Source: the human T2T-CHM13v2.0 reference genome, Homo sapiens. Taken from it: a stretch of 64,000 nt of DNA. The position numbers were made by a program, and so were the translations under genes. Location: the NCBI RefSeq assembly GCF_009914755.1, contig NC_060932.1. One strand, given 5' to 3'. The notes beneath the pieces were generated by a model. That model was not told the DNA's origin. It worked only from the letters and a program-made list of their open reading frames with translations, and searched no databases. Below, piece after piece: positions 61,141 to 64,000 of this stretch (position 1 is the stretch's first letter; every line of letters begins with the position of its first letter).

Positions 61141-62934
61141 TGTAAATCTTTTCTATTTGCTATTTTAATGATTTCCCTAATTGATTTTAGATAATTTGTA
61201 AATGTGTTTATTGAATTTTTTATTTAATAACACTGTATCATGCTCAAAACTATATAGTTTATTTTTATTTACTTAGCTAAGTCAAATTCTTTTTAAGGAA
61301 AAAAACAGGTAGGTACCATTGTTAGATGGGGATATTGCTATTGGAATATATGAATGCTCAGAGTGATAAAAGCTAGTTTTTAAAAATTCACTTCCAGAAT
61401 GTCAACACAAGAGGAGTTATTTCAGATAGCTTGGAGTCCATTTCTTATTACAGCAGTAAAAGTATTTCCAGGAACAATTAGCTTCTCATCTTAGAGTTCA
61501 CATTTACAAACAACATTATAAAAGCATCTTTGAAATATGCTTCTCTGTTTTAACTTCAAATAAGATATTCATTCATGAGCTTTTATAGGATTTGGTGAAT
61601 TCTCAAATGTCAATACTGGAGCAATATTTAAAAGGAACATTTAACTAAACTTTTTAAATAAGTGGTTCACAAAATTGCTTGACATGTGCTGTGATAATTT
61701 TATTCATTTTAATTAACTGCACTATAAATTGCCAAATTCAGTCACTAGCAGGATAATGCATGCTGATCAGATCATAGGAGTCACACAAAACTGTGAGGGA
61801 AACGGAGTCAGATTAAAGCTATAATTAAGTATCTCTTCAGTCATAGAGGACAAATGGAAAGATAAGGTAAATCATTCAGTCAAATGCCAAAAAAAAAAAT
61901 GGTGGCAATCAGACCTTAGAGCATGAGAATTAACCCATTGGCCAAATGATGAGTCATGTTCATACTAAGCTCCAAAAGGCTTTTCTAAGAACCATTTATC
62001 TATCCAAATATTTTCATCTTCAAACTATTCCATTACTAGAAGTATTATCAGAAACTCTTAGCCTTCCCTTTTGGAGTTATCTGAATTTCGTGTTTGACTT
62101 GGTTCAGTAGACTAAATGGAAGATATCGGAATATAAAAGAAAGGGTACATATTATTTATAAACAACATTTTGTTATTTTATCTGTCTTATAGTAAAAGGC
62201 TGACAGAGATACTGTATATTCAATGACTGAGGAATCATGATTTCTAAATGTCTGGCAGAAACCTCTTTCATGCAATTCTAATTTTCATTAACTGTGTTAG
62301 AGTGTTGGATTTACTGGCTCATGGCACTTGGCTTGAATGTTTTTGCTGAAGTTTAATTGGATTCAGGCAGTAGAAACTGTAAGTCAAAACACAGAAATAA
62401 AATCACATGATATATTATTGATAAAGTCCACACCACACATGAAAATATGAACTGTTCCAGTGAGGAAAATTTCATGTTCAAAAAATTTAGAAATTCTATT
62501 CCAAAGTGTTCAAGGTCATTCATGATTCAAGTAGGTATGCCAAGAACTATTATATCTCTATACTATTTCTTAAACACTACATACGCATCCTCAAAGGAGA
62601 AATTACTGAATGAATAAATAAAACACAAATTATTGTGTTTAATGCGTCTTTTGATCAGTCACACAGCTCCCATTTTTGCTTCCACTTAAGAATAATAGCC
62701 TCATCAGCTGATAATTCATGCTTTTAACCCATCTCTTTTTTAAGCCTTTCATAACACTTCCTCCCCACCTTTTCCTATTCCTGTCCTAACTCTTCTGGTC
62801 CCTCTACCATATTTCATTCCCTTCACCAAGTGGCAGACAGTGCTAGGGATTACTCACCATCCATTCTCACCTTCTTCTTTTTTAGCATTGATTTTGTATC
62901 AGATATACATGTGCTAGGTTAAAAATACTCATCT

Positions 62935-63260
62935 GTCGGTCTCCCAAGTAGCTAGAGGTGAGCATCTGACTCAACTCTAGCCAATGAACTAAAAGCTGAA
63001 GTTAATTAAATGGGTCTTACCAAAATAATTGCTTTAATCAAAGTGTTGGAAGCAACTTTTGACTTTCATTCTCTCCCTTTACTTCTTACCTGGAATTTGA
63101 ATGCAGTGCCATCCTTTGCACATAAGGACTAAGGCCATATGCCAAAGACAGCAGAGTAAGAAGGAAATGGATCCTAGAAAGTTGATGATTTTTTTAAATG
63201 GCTTCTTGCTGCATCAGAAAAATTAAACTGCTATTTGCTTAAGTCACTGTAAACAGGTTT
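62935..63260 (+). mobile_element. LTR16/LTR33-like ERVL LTR fragment
   Basis: GTAGCTAGAGGTGAGCATCTGACTCAACTCTAGCCAATGA and TTTGCTTAAGTCACTGT. Confidence 0.5.
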
Positions 63261-63261
63261 C

Positions 63262-63574
63262 TTTTTCCTTTTTCTTTCTTTCTTTTTTTTTTCTGAGACA
63301 GAGTCTCACTCTGTCACCCAGGCTGGAGTGCAATGGCGCAATCTCGGCTCACTACAACCTCCACCTCCCAGGTTCAACAATTCTCCTGCCTTAGCCTCCC
63401 AAGTAACTGGGATTACAGGCACCTGCCACCATGCCTGGCTAACTTTGTATTTTTAGTAAAGACGGGGTTTCACCATGCTGACCAGGCTCATCTAGACCTC
63501 CTGACCTCAAATGATCCACCTGCCTCAGCTTCCCAAAGTGCCGGGATTACAGGCATGAGCCACCGTGCCTGGCC
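63262..63574 (-). mobile_element. AluS
   Basis: Full dimer reverse complement with a T/CTTT-rich tail. Confidence 0.92.
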
Positions 63575-64000
63575 CCCTTTTATGTGTAATCAAATGTAGC
63601 ATTAAAACAAAACAAACAGGAAATGAGTGATCTTTCTCTTTACATTAACATGTATATAAATGTTTAAACTAAAATCTTTATTTTTTCTTATACATCAATA
63701 AAGATTTTTTAAATAAGGGAAAACAAATATTCCGCCAAAAAAATTTAAATATACACAAAATTGTTAAATTTGCATTTTGCTAATTTTGTTTTTTGTCAGT
63801 TTTGTTGTAGTTATTTTTTTTGCCCTTGATTAAACAATTTTTTAATATTATATGCCATAAAAACTAAAACTTAGTTGTAGTGTTTTTTTTTAAAAAAAAA
63901 ATAGTGGCTAATTTTTTGATATCCCAGGGGACGTCTATGTCCTTCCCCTTTGAACCTGAGCAGATTCGTCGTGTCTTCCCTGTTACCAACAGAATTCAGC

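Overview
AT-rich, repeat-dense great-ape genomic DNA, probably human (an ACG-type L1 and an AluYa5-lineage element are present). It looks intronic or intergenic: I cannot recognise any host protein-coding gene, and every long ORF is LINE-1 derived. The window is dominated by two ~6 kb young L1s in convergent inverted orientation 11 kb apart: an L1PA2-type element (+, 14143-20163) and an ACG/A-type early-L1Hs element (-, 31201-36950). Both are inactivated. They differ at subfamily-diagnostic sites yet share at least nine non-consensus substitutions, including the same ORF1 nonsense codon. This suggests patchy gene conversion between the inverted copies, or an assembly artefact. The 5' truncation of the second L1 fuses ORF0 in frame to flanking DNA. 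Other content: many Alus, MaLR/ERVL/ERV1 LTRs, an ERVL internal remnant with dUTPase, DNA transposons (MER3, MER30, MER47, Tigger2a, MER82, MER5A, MADE1), L2 and MIR, and a 3'-truncated U2 snRNA pseudogene with an 18-bp TSD. There is also a possible ancient Gypsy pol remnant, candidate minus-strand exons between the two L1s, and several templated-duplication or fold-back scars. Subfamily names come from recalled consensus sequences, not from a database search.
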